Source: a virus
Taxonomy: Duplodnaviria; Heunggongvirae; Uroviricota; Caudoviricetes
Length of the DNA: 37,298 nt
Virus record (IMG/VR): IMGVR_UViG_2872158770_000003
Reading direction: 5' to 3' (one strand)
Shown here: positions 28,322 through 37,298 of the stretch, one piece after another
Layout of the letters: every line of letters starts with the position of its first letter
Numbering within the stretch: position 1 is the first letter of the stretch
The notes under the pieces: model-generated
The model's input: the letters and a program-made list of their open reading frames with translations, nothing else
Databases searched by the model: none
Told to the model about the DNA's origin: nothing
Position numbers and translations under genes: made by a program

Positions 28322-28354
28322 AAGCCCGTGGCGTCACTGCTGCGGGCTTTTTTT
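28322..28354 (+). terminator. possible terminator between lom and stf
   Basis: Stem AGCCCG/CGGGCT with a 14-nt loop, followed by TTTTTTT. Confidence 0.45.
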
Positions 28355-28368
28355 ATTGGTGGAAAAGT

Positions 28369-30996
28369 ATGACAGTAAAAATTTCTGGCGTGCTTAAAGA
28401 TGGCACAGGAAAACCAGTACAGAACTGCACCATTGTGCTGAAGGCCAGACGAACCAGCAGCACGATGGTGGTGAACACGGTGGCCTCTGAAAATCCGGAT
28501 GAAGCCGGACGTTACAGCATGGATGTTGAGCATGGTCAGTACAGCGTCACCCTGCTGGTTGAAGGTTTTCCGCCTTCACATGCCGGGACCATTACCGTCT
28601 ATGAAGGTTCCAGACCAGGTACGCTGAATGATTTTCTCGGTGCCATGACGGAGGATGATGTCCGACCGGAGGCACTGCGCCGCTTTGAGCAGATGGTGGA
28701 AGAGGTGTCACGTAACGCCTCCGCGGTTGCACAGAATACGGCAGCCGCGAAAAAATCAGCCAGCGAGGCGGCAACTCATGCAACCGATGCTGCAGCCTCA
28801 GCACGTGCCGCCAGCACGTCAGCCGGACAGGCCGCGTCGTCGGCTCAGTCAGCGTCTTCCAGCGCAGGAACGGCATCGACAAAGGCCCGTGAAGCAGCAA
28901 AAAGTGCTGCTGCAGAGTCATCAAAAAGCGCGGCAGCTACCAGCGCCAGTGCCGCGAAAACGTCAGAAACGAATGCCGCAGCATCACAAAAATCGGCAGC
29001 CACTTCTGCATCCACAGCGACCACGAAGGCGTCAGAAGCTGCCACCTCGGCACGGGGTGCGGCGGCCTCAAAAGAGGCAGCGAAATCTTCAGAAACGAAT
29101 GCATCATCAAGTGCCAGTAGTGCAGCTTCCTCGGCAACGGCGGCAGGAAATTCCGCGAAGGCGGCAAAAACGTCCGAGACGAACGCTAAGTCTTCTGAAA
29201 CAGCAGCGGGACAGAGCGCCTCAGCTGCGGCAGGTTCAAAAACAGCGGCTGCATTATCTGCCAGTGCCGCGTCAACAAGTGCCGGGCAGGCCTCAGCCAG
29301 TGCCACCGCCGCCGGAAAATCGGCAGAAAGCGCCGCATCATCCGCTTCAACAGCCACAACGAAGGCTGGCAAAGCCACTGAGCAAGCCACTGCAGCAGCG
29401 AGGTCTGCTTCTGCAGCAAAAACCTCTGAAACAAATGCAAAGACTTCAGCAGACAATGCTGCTTCCTCTAAGGCAGCAGCCGCATCGTCAGCCAGTTCAG
29501 CGGCGTCATCGGCATCATCTGCGTCTGCTTCAAAAGATGAGGCGACCAGACAAGCGTCAGCAGCGAAAGGTAGTGCCACGACAGCAACAACGAAAGCATC
29601 AGAGGCGGCAGGCAGTGCGACGGCTGCATCTCAGAGCAAAGTTGCTGCTGAATCCGCGGCAACGCGCGCCGAGACAGCAGCAAAACGGGCAGAGGATATT
29701 GCATCCGCCGTGGCGCTGGAGGATGCGAGCACGACGAAAAAGGGGATAGTACAGCTCAGCAGTGCGACCAACAGCACTTCCGAGTCACTGGCGGCAACGC
29801 CAAAAGCGGTTAAGGCGGTAATGGGTGAAACGAACAAGAAAGCGCCCTTAAATAGTCCTGCACTGACCGGAACGCCAACAACACCAACTGCGCGACAGGG
29901 AACGAATAATACCCAAATCGCAAGCACGGCTTTCGTTATGGCTGCGATTGCCGCCCTTGTAGATTCGTCACCTGATGCACTGAACACGCTGAACGAGCTG
30001 GCTGCGGCGCTGGGCAACGACCCGAATTTTGCGACCACCATGACTAACGCGCTTGCGGGTAAGCAACCGAAAGATGCCACCCTGACGGCGCTGGCCGGAC
30101 TTACTACTGCGGCAGGCAAGTTTCCGTATTTTACGGGGAATGATGTCGCCAGCCTGGCAACCCTGACAAAAGTCGGGCGGGATATTCTTGCGAAATCGAC
30201 CGTTGCTGCCGTTATCGAATACCTCGGTTTACGAGAACTCGGCACAAGCGGGGAGAAAATACCGTTACTCAGTACAGCGAATACCTGGACTAATCGACAA
30301 ACATTCAGCGGTGGCCTTTCTGGTGAACTATCCGGCAATGCTTCTACAGCTGCAAAATTAAAAACTGCCAGGAAAATAAGCAATGTGGCTTTTGATGGTT
30401 CCTCCGATATCACATTAAAAGCAAGTCATGTTGGTGCGTTTGCCTTAGGGAAAACAGGAAGCACCGTTGCGAATGATAAAGCAGTTGGATGGAACTGGAG
30501 TAGCGGAGCCTATAACGCAACTATTAGTGGTGCATCAACGTTAATTATTCATTTTTATATGGGAGAAGGAAGTTGTCCTGCAGCTCAGTTTCGGATTAAT
30601 TATAAAAATGGCGGTATTTTTTATCGTTCAGCCCGTGATGGTTATGGTTTTGAAGCCGACTGGTCCGAATTTTACACCACCAGAAAACCTTCAGCAGGAG
30701 ATGTTGGTGCACTGCCGTTATCTGGTGGTCAACTGAATGGTGCACTGGGTATCGGAACATCCAGTGCTCTTGGCGGTAATTCGATTGTATTGGGTGATAA
30801 TGACACGGGCTTTAAACAAAAAGGCGATGGTAATCTGGATGTTTATGCTAATAACGTCCATGTTATGCGCTTTGTCTCCGGAAGCATTCAAAGTAATAAA
30901 ACCATAAATATTACGGGACGTGTTAATCCCTCGGATTACGGTAACTTTGATTCCCGCTATGTGAGAGATGTCAGACTTGGCACACGAGTTGTTTAG
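28369..30996 (+). CDS. stf: side tail fiber protein Stf (875 aa to an in-frame amber; frame continues to 31146)
   Basis: Lambda Stf-like N-terminus MTVKISGVLKDGTGKPVQNCTIVLKARRTSSTMVVNTVASE; long Ala/Ser/Thr-rich repeat region; crosses invertase crossover site at 30212-30237. Confidence 0.8.
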   Translation: MTVKISGVLKDGTGKPVQNCTIVLKARRTSSTMVVNTVASENPDEAGRYSMDVEHGQYSVTLLVEGFPPSHAGTITVYEGSRPGTLNDFLGAMTEDDVRPEALRRFEQMVEEVSRNASAVAQNTAAAKKSASEAATHATDAAASARAASTSAGQAASSAQSASSSAGTASTKAREAAKSAAAESSKSAAATSASAAKTSETNAAASQKSAATSASTATTKASEAATSARGAAASKEAAKSSETNASSSASSAASSATAAGNSAKAAKTSETNAKSSETAAGQSASAAAGSKTAAALSASAASTSAGQASASATAAGKSAESAASSASTATTKAGKATEQATAAARSASAAKTSETNAKTSADNAASSKAAAASSASSAASSASSASASKDEATRQASAAKGSATTATTKASEAAGSATAASQSKVAAESAATRAETAAKRAEDIASAVALEDASTTKKGIVQLSSATNSTSESLAATPKAVKAVMGETNKKAPLNSPALTGTPTTPTARQGTNNTQIASTAFVMAAIAALVDSSPDALNTLNELAAALGNDPNFATTMTNALAGKQPKDATLTALAGLTTAAGKFPYFTGNDVASLATLTKVGRDILAKSTVAAVIEYLGLRELGTSGEKIPLLSTANTWTNRQTFSGGLSGELSGNASTAAKLKTARKISNVAFDGSSDITLKASHVGAFALGKTGSTVANDKAVGWNWSSGAYNATISGASTLIIHFYMGEGSCPAAQFRINYKNGGIFYRSARDGYGFEADWSEFYTTRKPSAGDVGALPLSGGQLNGALGIGTSSALGGNSIVLGDNDTGFKQKGDGNLDVYANNVHVMRFVSGSIQSNKTINITGRVNPSDYGNFDSRYVRDVRLGTRVV
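30212..30237. other. Pin/Gin/Hin-type invertase crossover site (left), inside stf
   Basis: TTATCGAATACCTCGGTTTACGAGAA is an inverted match (22/26) to the site at 33127-33153. Confidence 0.65.
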
Positions 30997-31148
30997 ACCA
31001 TGAAGAAAGGCGTGATGTATGAAAAATCAGGCCATGTAATCACGGGGCTTGGTATTATCGGTGAAGTCGATGGTGATGATCCGGCAGTATTCAGACCAAT
31101 ACAAAAGTTAATTAACGGAACATGGTATAACGTATCGCAGGTATAATC

Positions 31149-31682
31149 ATGCAGCATTTAAAAAACATTGTCGCAGGTAATCCAAAAACCGTTGAACAAT
31201 ACCAGCTAACAAAGAATTTTGATGTTATCTGGTTATGGTCCGAAGATGGAAAAAATTGGCATGAGGAATTAAAAAACTTTCAGGAGGATACAATAAAACT
31301 GGCTTACACAGTTGAGGGAATAATTATTGCTATAGACAAGGATGTATCAGCAATTAATCCAGAAGGTTTAAGTGTCGTTGAGTTGCCTGATATTACAGCA
31401 AATCGCCGGGCTGATATTTCGGGCAACTGGATGTTCAAAGATGGTGCGGTGATAAAGCGAACTTATACCGAGGAAGAGCAAAGGCAACAAGCGGAAAATG
31501 AAAAGCAGAGCCTGCTGCAGCTCGTCAGGGATAAAACCCAGCTGTGGGACTCTCAGCTACAGCTGGGCATCATTTCCGATGAGAATAAACAAAAATTAAC
31601 CGAGTGGATGCTCTATGCGCAGAAGGTTGAATCCACAGACACCTCCAGCCTGCCAGTAACGTTTCCCGAACAACCAGAATGA
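31149..31682 (+). CDS. tfa: tail fiber assembly protein Tfa (177 aa)
   Basis: N-terminus [22 protein letters not shown]... typical of Tfa chaperones; paralogous to the minus-strand copy at 31711-32238. Confidence 0.75.
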   Translation: MQHLKNIVAGNPKTVEQYQLTKNFDVIWLWSEDGKNWHEELKNFQEDTIKLAYTVEGIIIAIDKDVSAINPEGLSVVELPDITANRRADISGNWMFKDGAVIKRTYTEEEQRQQAENEKQSLLQLVRDKTQLWDSQLQLGIISDENKQKLTEWMLYAQKVESTDTSSLPVTFPEQPE

Positions 31683-31685
31683 GAG

Positions 31686-31714
31686 AAGGCCCGCTATCGG
31701 GCCTTAATTTTTAT
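31686..31714 (+). terminator. terminator hairpin between the convergent tfa genes
   Basis: 8-bp stem AAGGCCCG/CGGGCCTT, loop CTAT, then AATTTTTATT. Confidence 0.6.
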
Positions 31715-32238
31715 TCAGGCTTTTGTGGCCATTCAGGATTTGCCGTATCCACACGGCTGACCAGAACACTGTAGCGTTCCCATGCTTCCAGTCGTGTGCG
31801 TTCCTCGTCTGTTGCCATATTCAGCCTGACAGCGCGTTCCAGCGGCTGGATGACTGATTCAGCTTCGGAAAGCAATGCGGCCTTTTGTGATTCGGCCTGT
31901 TGTTGCAGTTCCTGTTCTGTATATTCCCTCTTTACTACTTTACCATCCAGAAACATCCATTTTCCGTTATTGTCTGCGTGACGATTTGCCGTAATATCAG
32001 GAACTTCAACTATGCTTAGCCCTTCAGGATTAATAGTTGAAACGTCTTTACTGACAGCAACGATGATGTTGTTCTCATCGTAAGCAATTTTTATGGTGTC
32101 TGGCTGAAAATTCTTTTGTTCCTCATACCAGTTTTTGCCATCTTCGCAAAAGAGCCATACCACGCCCGCTTTTTTAGTTAGCTGGTATTGTTCCGGTGTT
32201 TTCGGATTCCCGGCCTTAATATTTTTCAGGTGCATCAT
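31711..32238 (-). CDS. tfa: alternative tail fiber assembly protein Tfa' (about 175 aa from MHLKN)
   Basis: [21 protein letters not shown]...[25 protein letters not shown]; ORF track's longer 31711-32274 form overlaps the stf' end. Confidence 0.7.
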   Translation of the reverse strand: MMHLKNIKAGNPKTPEQYQLTKKAGVVWLFCEDGKNWYEEQKNFQPDTIKIAYDENNIIVAVSKDVSTINPEGLSIVEVPDITANRHADNNGKWMFLDGKVVKREYTEQELQQQAESQKAALLSEAESVIQPLERAVRLNMATDEERTRLEAWERYSVLVSRVDTANPEWPQKPE

Positions 32239-32239
32239 C

Positions 32240-33126
32240 TTAAACACTCCCCACGTTGTACCATATTCCCCCAATCAATTTCTGAATTGGCCTTCTGGCA
32301 ACAGTGTCGACAATATCATCCGCATTGCTGTTAATTGCGGCTGTTAAAACATAACCTGACGCATCGCCAAAGCCGTAGTCGCGCCATACGTTTTTATATT
32401 CAATGCTGCCAAGACGAATATCCCGAACGACATGATTATGCAGCCATGTGCTTAACCAGTTGTTTTCCCACACTGAACCATAAATATCGCCACTAGACGC
32501 AACTTGCGCACCACTTCCCAGCGCAAATCCCCCATCTGTTTTAAAAATGAAATCACCACCACCATCTGAACCGTTATTAATATGAACACCATCACCACCG
32601 TTATCTTTCCACAAAAACATACGAATTCTTCCGTCTTCGTTGGCGAATGTAATGTGGTGGCGGTAATTACTTTTTAATCTAAAATTGCTGCCATTAGATT
32701 CAATATCTTTATAAAGATGTAATCCTAACTCATCAATATGTCCGATGCGCGAACCATTTGAATAGAAGCTAATAATACCATCTCCATCTTGCCTAAATCC
32801 GGTGTCGTTATCTCCCAGAACAATGGAGTTTTCACCCAGTGCGTTATCAGTAGCTCCAATAGCTAGACCTCCTTTAATTTTGGCCCCGTGGCTGACAGAT
32901 ATAGCACCTGTTCTCAGATTTATAGCGAATGGCCTTAATGGGCCGATATTACCGTTTTCGCCTTGTCCTTCAGCCGTCGGAATGAAATGAAGAAAATCTT
33001 CTGAACGACGGAAAATTAGACCGAAGGTATCATTGAAAATTCGCAGCGCATTCACCGTGCCAATTTTCAGTTCTCCGGTCATTTTATCGCCGGAACGCTG
33101 AACGGCGTTACCAGCCTTGTTTACCG
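32240..33126 (-). CDS. alternative side-tail-fiber C-terminal cassette (Stf'), no own start; would fuse to stf constant part after inversion
   Basis: Minus-strand frame open from the crossover site; ends ...[17 protein letters not shown], homologous to the plus-strand stf end; recombining the half-sites gives an in-frame junction. Confidence 0.6.
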
Positions 33127-33153
33127 TTTCCTGTAAACCGAGGTTTTAGATAA
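33127..33153. other. Pin/Gin/Hin-type invertase crossover site (right), next to the invertase gene
   Basis: TTTCCTGTAAACCGAGGTTTTAGATAA; reverse complement matches 30212-30237. Confidence 0.65.
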
Positions 33154-33207
33154 TGGCGGTTTCTGGCCTGCATGGCATGATTTGTGCTTTTGGACGGGAG
33201 ATTCAGC

Positions 33208-33450
33208 GTGCTGATTGGCTATGTAAGGGTATCAACAAATGACCAGAATACAGACCTGCAACGAAACGCTCTTGTTTGTGCAGGATATGAACAAATATTT
33301 GAAGATAAATTAAGCGGAACAAGGACAGGCCGACCTGGATTAAAACGTGCTTTAAAGCGCCTTCAAAAAGGTGACGCACTGGTTGTCTGAAAACTGGACT
33401 GACTGGGTCACTGTATGCGGCATCTTGTCGTGCTGGTGGTGGAAGCCTAG
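33208..33450 (+). pseudogene. pin: serine DNA invertase (Pin/Gin/Hin family), decayed: in-frame stops and loss of C-terminal half
   Basis: GTG start; LIGYVRVSTNDQNTDLQRNALVCAGYEQIFEDKLSGTRTGRPGLKRALKRLQKGDALVV has the catalytic Ser region; then TGA at 33388-33390 and further stops, and the rest of the gene is absent. Confidence 0.75.
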
Positions 33451-33534
33451 AAAAAGTATCGGGTGTTGCTGAACCGTGTTGATACATCAACTGCACCTGA
33501 TATTGAGTGGCCTACGAACCCTGTCAGGGAGTAA
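33451..33534 (+). pseudogene. 3' remnant of a tfa gene fused to the pin remnant
   Basis: Translates [26 protein letters not shown], the conserved Tfa C-terminal motif; near-identical DNA recurs at 34509-34583. Confidence 0.5.
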
Positions 33535-33588
33535 TCATTGGGATTATGCCGCAGCACGTCTTAAGCAAGAACGTGCTGCGGTTGGATG

Positions 33589-34257
33589 CTATTTTTTCCC
33601 TGAAGCGGAAAACATTACTACAGTACCTTGAACCCTGGTTTTAACATTCTCGAAATGCTCTGAGAGTATATGTGTTAAGCCTTCTTCGGAATCTTTTGTG
33701 TTTGAAAAGATGCCTTTCTGATTGTAAATGCGCATCAGTTTTTGACCGAAGCTATTGTGCACAACTCCATCGCCAAGAATTGTGGCTCCGTATAGAGTTC
33801 CATCGTCAGTTAAGGCCTGCGCCGCATTGCGTATTACACAGCTTTTTGTAGATATATTTCCAGGCAGGCAGTGAAGAAGGTAAAACATGGAAATGGAATC
33901 AAATTGACCATGTAACGCCGCGGGATAAGGTTCAAAAACATCATGGCTAATTTTATGTTTAATTTTTGATTCCCCAGCCCTTGTAGATGCCGCGTTCAGG
34001 CTAGCTTCGTTCAAATCCATTAAAGATATCAGACTACTCTCAGGTACGTGAGTAAGGTAAAACCCAGTTCCAACACCAATATCCAGATGGTTGTTACCTA
34101 AATGTTCCAGAAAGTGTGGAAGAAGGTGTTCCTTTGTAGGACATCCCCATGCAAGCCGATTTGATACTCCCAAAACCCACCAGTCATAAAGCTTTAGGGT
34201 AAGTGGTGTGTAAATTTTAGCCCCATCATCTGTGTTTGTTTTCATTGATTTCACCAT
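33589..34257 (-). CDS. class I SAM-dependent methyltransferase (222 aa), probably small-molecule/protein type
   Basis: Rossmann motif I HLDIGVGTGFYL and downstream acidic residue; single minus-strand gene between two direct repeats. Confidence 0.7.
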   Translation of the reverse strand: MVKSMKTNTDDGAKIYTPLTLKLYDWWVLGVSNRLAWGCPTKEHLLPHFLEHLGNNHLDIGVGTGFYLTHVPESSLISLMDLNEASLNAASTRAGESKIKHKISHDVFEPYPAALHGQFDSISMFYLLHCLPGNISTKSCVIRNAAQALTDDGTLYGATILGDGVVHNSFGQKLMRIYNQKGIFSNTKDSEEGLTHILSEHFENVKTRVQGTVVMFSASGKK

Positions 34258-34349
34258 GTTATAGTTTTATTTGTGAATTAAATCAATTATGGCGATGAAT
34301 TACAAGGGGTTAAATGCTGCCGCAGCATAGCGATATTGAAATAGCCTAG

Positions 34350-34583
34350 TATGCTTCGATACAGCAGGAGCCGAATGGCTGGAAGACCGTCACCACACAG
34401 TTCTACATCCAGGAATTTAGTGAGTATATTGCGCCACTGCAGGATGCTGTAGATCTGGAAATCGCAACGGAGGAAGAAAGATCGTTGCTGGAGGCATGGA
34501 ATAAATATCGGGTATTGTTGAATCGTGTTGATACATCAACTGCACCTGATATTGAGTGGCCTGCAAATCCTGTCAGGGAGTAA
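34350..34583 (+). pseudogene. 3' fragment of a tfa gene
   Basis: In-frame from a TAG at 34347; ends ...[37 protein letters not shown]; no start codon. Confidence 0.5.
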
Positions 34584-34657
34584 TCATTGGGATTATGCCG
34601 CAGGTGATGCTGCCAACTTACTGATTTAGTGTATGATGGTGTTTTTGAGGTGCTCCA

Positions 34658-34933
34658 GTGGCTTCTGTTTCTATCAGCTGTCCCTCCTGTTCAGCTACTG
34701 ACGGGGTGGTGCGTAACGGCAAAAGCACTGCCGGACATCAGCGCTATCTCTGCTCTCACTGCCGTAAAACATGGCAACTGCAGTTCACTTACACCGCTTC
34801 TCAACCCGGTACGCACCAGAAAATCATTGATATGGCCATGAATGGCGTTGGATGCCGGGCAACTGCACGCATTATGGGCGTTGGCCTCAACACGATTTTA
34901 CGTCACTTAAAAAACTCAGGCCGCAGTCGGTAA
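34658..34933 (+). CDS. insA: IS1 InsA
   Basis: Same protein as 945-1220 with one substitution (G/S at residue 21). Confidence 0.9.
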
Positions 34934-35355
34934 CCTCGCGCATACAGCCGGGCAGTGACGTCATCGTCTGCGCGGAAATGGACGAACAGTGGGGCTATGT
35001 CGGGGCTAAATCGCGCCAGCGCTGGCTGTTTTACGCGTATGACAGTCTCCGGAAGACGGTTGTTGCGCACGTATTCGGTGAACGCACTATGGCGACGCTG
35101 GGGCGTCTTATGAGCCTGCTGTCACCCTTTGACGTGGTGATATGGATGACGGATGGCTGGCCGCTGTATGAATCCCGCCTGAAGGGAAAGCTGCACGTAA
35201 TCAGCAAGCGATATACGCAGCGAATTGAGCGGCATAACCTGAATCTGAGGCAGCACCTGGCACGGCTGGGACGGAAGTCGCTGTCGTTCTCAAAATCGGT
35301 GGAGCTGCATGACAAAGTCATCGGGCATTATCTGAACATAAAACACTATCAATAA
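34852..35355 (+). CDS. insB: IS1 InsB reading frame
   Basis: Identical to 523-1026 product. Confidence 0.9.
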
Positions 35356-35399
35356 GTTGGAGTCATTACCTATGCCGCAGACACGTCGTATGCAGGAAC

Positions 35400-35645
35400 G
35401 TGCTGCGGTTAGTTTGTGAGCTTTCGATAGTGGTTGTTATTTTTGCCCTTATTTGTTCCGGAGGCCATGGTTCAATGGTCCGTCTGCCCCCTGTGGTGAT
35501 GTCAGCAAAATCAGCCACTGCGCGAACCACAATAGCCCGGGAAGATGCTGAAGATCACCAGGTAAAGCTGTCAGCGCAGAAACTGGAAGAACTGCTCGCA
35601 TCAATGGTTAAGGATGAGGTTGATCGCAATGATGGGATTTATTGA
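35400..35645 (+). CDS. hypothetical small protein (81 aa; alternative start)
   Basis: ORF directly after the repeat interrupted by IS1; N-terminal hydrophobic segment; no family recognised. Confidence 0.35.
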   Translation: MLRLVCELSIVVVIFALICSGGHGSMVRLPPVVMSAKSATARTTIAREDAEDHQVKLSAQKLEELLASMVKDEVDRNDGIY

Positions 35646-35771
35646 CGTCAGCGAGAGCAGAAGGAAGAACTGAATAACCTGAATGATTTACGCTCAATCA
35701 GAGCGATGGCGATTAGCGGCAATCACGCTCGATAAAATTAACCTCGGTGATCATCCGGGGTTTTGCATTCA

Positions 35772-36344
35772 TTAAAACCGCATCAACCTTTCCACCAATT
35801 GTTCTTTACGGGCAACGATCCACCCATGTTGCTCCAGATAAAATTTAAACCGTTCCAGAGTGCATACCATCGCATCGGCGGGGACTTTTTCTGTGAACTC
35901 GACCTGACCGTGTTTATCGAAGTGGATCAGTAATGCGCATCCATTATTTGGGGCGGGGGAGTTTTGTGCTGCAGGAGGACGTTTGTGGAGTTCTTCTTCC
36001 ATTGCGTTAAATTTTTCAATGTAAGCTTCTTTTAGTCTGGCTGCTTTTTTGCCAGTAAATCCCATTACGAGGAACATGAAGCCGTCTTTTGTGATCAGGT
36101 AGCATCGTGATTCACGTTCTGCGCCGTTGCCAATTTCGACAGTCTGAACATCGGCCGAAAAGTTGGCTGATGTAAATTCGGGAGAGCAGTCGAGTGTGTC
36201 AATCTTAGCTAAAACGTGTTTATGTTGTTTATCGAAGTAGTCGGCAACAGCTTGAGAGGTGGTAACCAGGCGACCATCTTTGAAAAAGACTTTTGGTGAC
36301 TCGTTAGAAAAAGTTATAGCTGTATTCATATGTGATGACTCCAA
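35772..36344 (-). CDS. Rha-family phage regulatory protein (190 aa)
   Basis: N-terminal LVTTSQAVADYFDKQHKHVLAKIDTL resembles the Rha/ORF6 N-terminal domain signature. Confidence 0.55.
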   Translation of the reverse strand: MESSHMNTAITFSNESPKVFFKDGRLVTTSQAVADYFDKQHKHVLAKIDTLDCSPEFTSANFSADVQTVEIGNGAERESRCYLITKDGFMFLVMGFTGKKAARLKEAYIEKFNAMEEELHKRPPAAQNSPAPNNGCALLIHFDKHGQVEFTEKVPADAMVCTLERFKFYLEQHGWIVARKEQLVERLMRF

Positions 36345-36904
36345 TTAATTGGATGATCACCACCTCTGACGCCAATCAGGGAGGTGGTGAGACGTACAGG
36401 GTTGGCGTAACCGGTCATCACAAAACCCGGCGCGGATTTCTCCGCCCCTGCACGCCCCACCATAATGCGAATGTGGCAATGCTTAACGCAAAAAAAACCG
36501 CAAACGCGGCTATGCGTTGTGATGTTATCCGAGACGCCAATCCCGACAACCGATTTTGCGGTTGTGTGAGGAATATAGCCCCGGAGAACAAAAACTGTCA
36601 ACGGGCAAAAAAATTTCCGTTATCAGGAATGTATAAAATTAAAGCGATCGAGCAAAAAATCCTTTCTGCAAAACTAAAAAAGATTTCAATAAAATCAGGC
36701 AGTTAAAAACACGGAAAAACGGTATAAAAAAGCGCCTCAAAATCCTGTTTTTTCTTTCAGATACAATGTCTTATTGCATTTTTTAAAACATGTCAGTGTG
36801 GTACATGGATATCGATACCATCGCCAATTATAAACTGGGCGGTGCACAGCAACATGATAGCGTACGCCTCGATCCGTGGGTGTTTATGTTCTCAGCAGGA
36901 TATC

Positions 36905-37298
36905 GGGTAATGACTCCAACTTATTGATAGTGTTTTATGTTCAGATAATGCCCGATGACTTTGTCATGCAGCTCCACCGATTTTGAGAACGACAGCGACT
37001 TCCGTCCCAGCCGTGCCAGGTGCTGCCTCAGATTCAGGTTATGCCGCTCAATTCGCTGCGTATATCGCTTGCTGATTACGTGCAGCTTTCCCTTCAGGCG
37101 GGATTCATACAGCGGCCAGCCATCCGTCATCCATATCACCACGTCAAAGGGTGACAGCAGGCTCATAAGACGCCCCAGCGTCGCCATAGTGCGTTCACCG
37201 AATACGTGCGCAACAACCGTCTTCCGGAGACTGTCATACGCGTAAAACAGCCAGCGCTGGCGCGATTTAGCCCCGACATAGCCCCACTGTTCGTCCAT
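36905..37298 (-). mobile_element. IS1, third copy, partial (runs off window end)
   Basis: Terminal repeat GGTAATGACTCCAACTTATTGATAGTG at 36905; sequence identical to the insB end of the other copies. Confidence 0.9.
36921..37298 (-). CDS. insB: IS1 InsB, partial at window edge
   Basis: Translation identical to the C-terminal 125 aa of InsB. Confidence 0.85.
   Translation of the reverse strand: MDEQWGYVGAKSRQRWLFYAYDSLRKTVVAHVFGERTMATLGRLMSLLSPFDVVIWMTDGWPLYESRLKGKLHVISKRYTQRIERHNLNLRQHLARLGRKSLSFSKSVELHDKVIGHYLNIKHYQ

Larger units (their letters stand above)
34603..35370 (+). mobile_element. IS1, complete copy with perfect 9-bp target duplication
   Basis: IRL GGTGATGCTGCCAACTTACTGAT at 34603 and IRR ...ATCAATAAGTTGGAGTCATTACC ending 35370; TATGCCGCA on both sides. 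Confidence 0.95.

Noticed and set aside
28592-30413. Several long alternative-frame ORFs (for example 28655-29749 plus, 28845-29579 minus, 29631-30413 minus) inside stf
   Set aside because: They are alternate readings of the repetitive Ala/Ser-rich stf region and have extreme Arg/Pro/Gln or Ala bias; the stf frame is the one with phage homology.
36332-36706. 124-aa plus-strand ORF upstream of the Rha-like gene
   Set aside because: Overlaps the Rha gene start and its likely promoter region; His/Arg/Cys-rich low-complexity translation with no ribosome-binding site.

Overview
This window is a decayed lambdoid prophage from an Enterobacteriaceae (E. coli/Shigella-type) chromosome, heavily reworked by insertion sequences. 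All calls are from reading the sequence and ORF track; no database search was run. Left to right: two small minus-strand genes; IS1 (508-1275, with target duplication); a 5'-truncated gene; IS600 (1738-3001); then a prophage control region (hok-family toxin, DUF968/YdfU-like protein, RusA, antiterminator Q, PR'-like promoter and tR'-like terminator). The late-operon cargo region is laid out as in Stx-converting phages (small wHTH protein, DNA methyltransferase, tRNA-Ile2/Arg/Arg, NanS-p-type esterase), but no toxin genes are present; that slot holds about 1 kb of non-coding DNA with two diverged copies of a hairpin-rich module. A phage-21-type pinholin follows, then an endolysin cut off after about 17 codons by five tandem 23-bp repeats. 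A second, inverted IS600 and a truncated IS21-family element replace the lysis/packaging/head modules, leaving only the last codons of FII. A lambda-like tail cluster follows (Z, U, V, G/T with the GGGAAAG frameshift site, H, M, L, K, I), then a J pseudogene with three lesions, lom, and a side tail fiber gene with an in-frame amber codon. The tail-fiber end sits in a Pin/Gin-type invertible segment whose invertase is a pseudogene. The right end carries a SAM-methyltransferase cassette flanked by direct repeats, a second IS1 with a perfect 9-bp duplication, a Rha-family regulator and a third, partial IS1. The most interesting items are the toxin-less Stx-phage-type cargo slot, the wHTH-plus-methyltransferase pair, the unexplained repeat array in the endolysin, and the frozen invertible tail-fiber switch.
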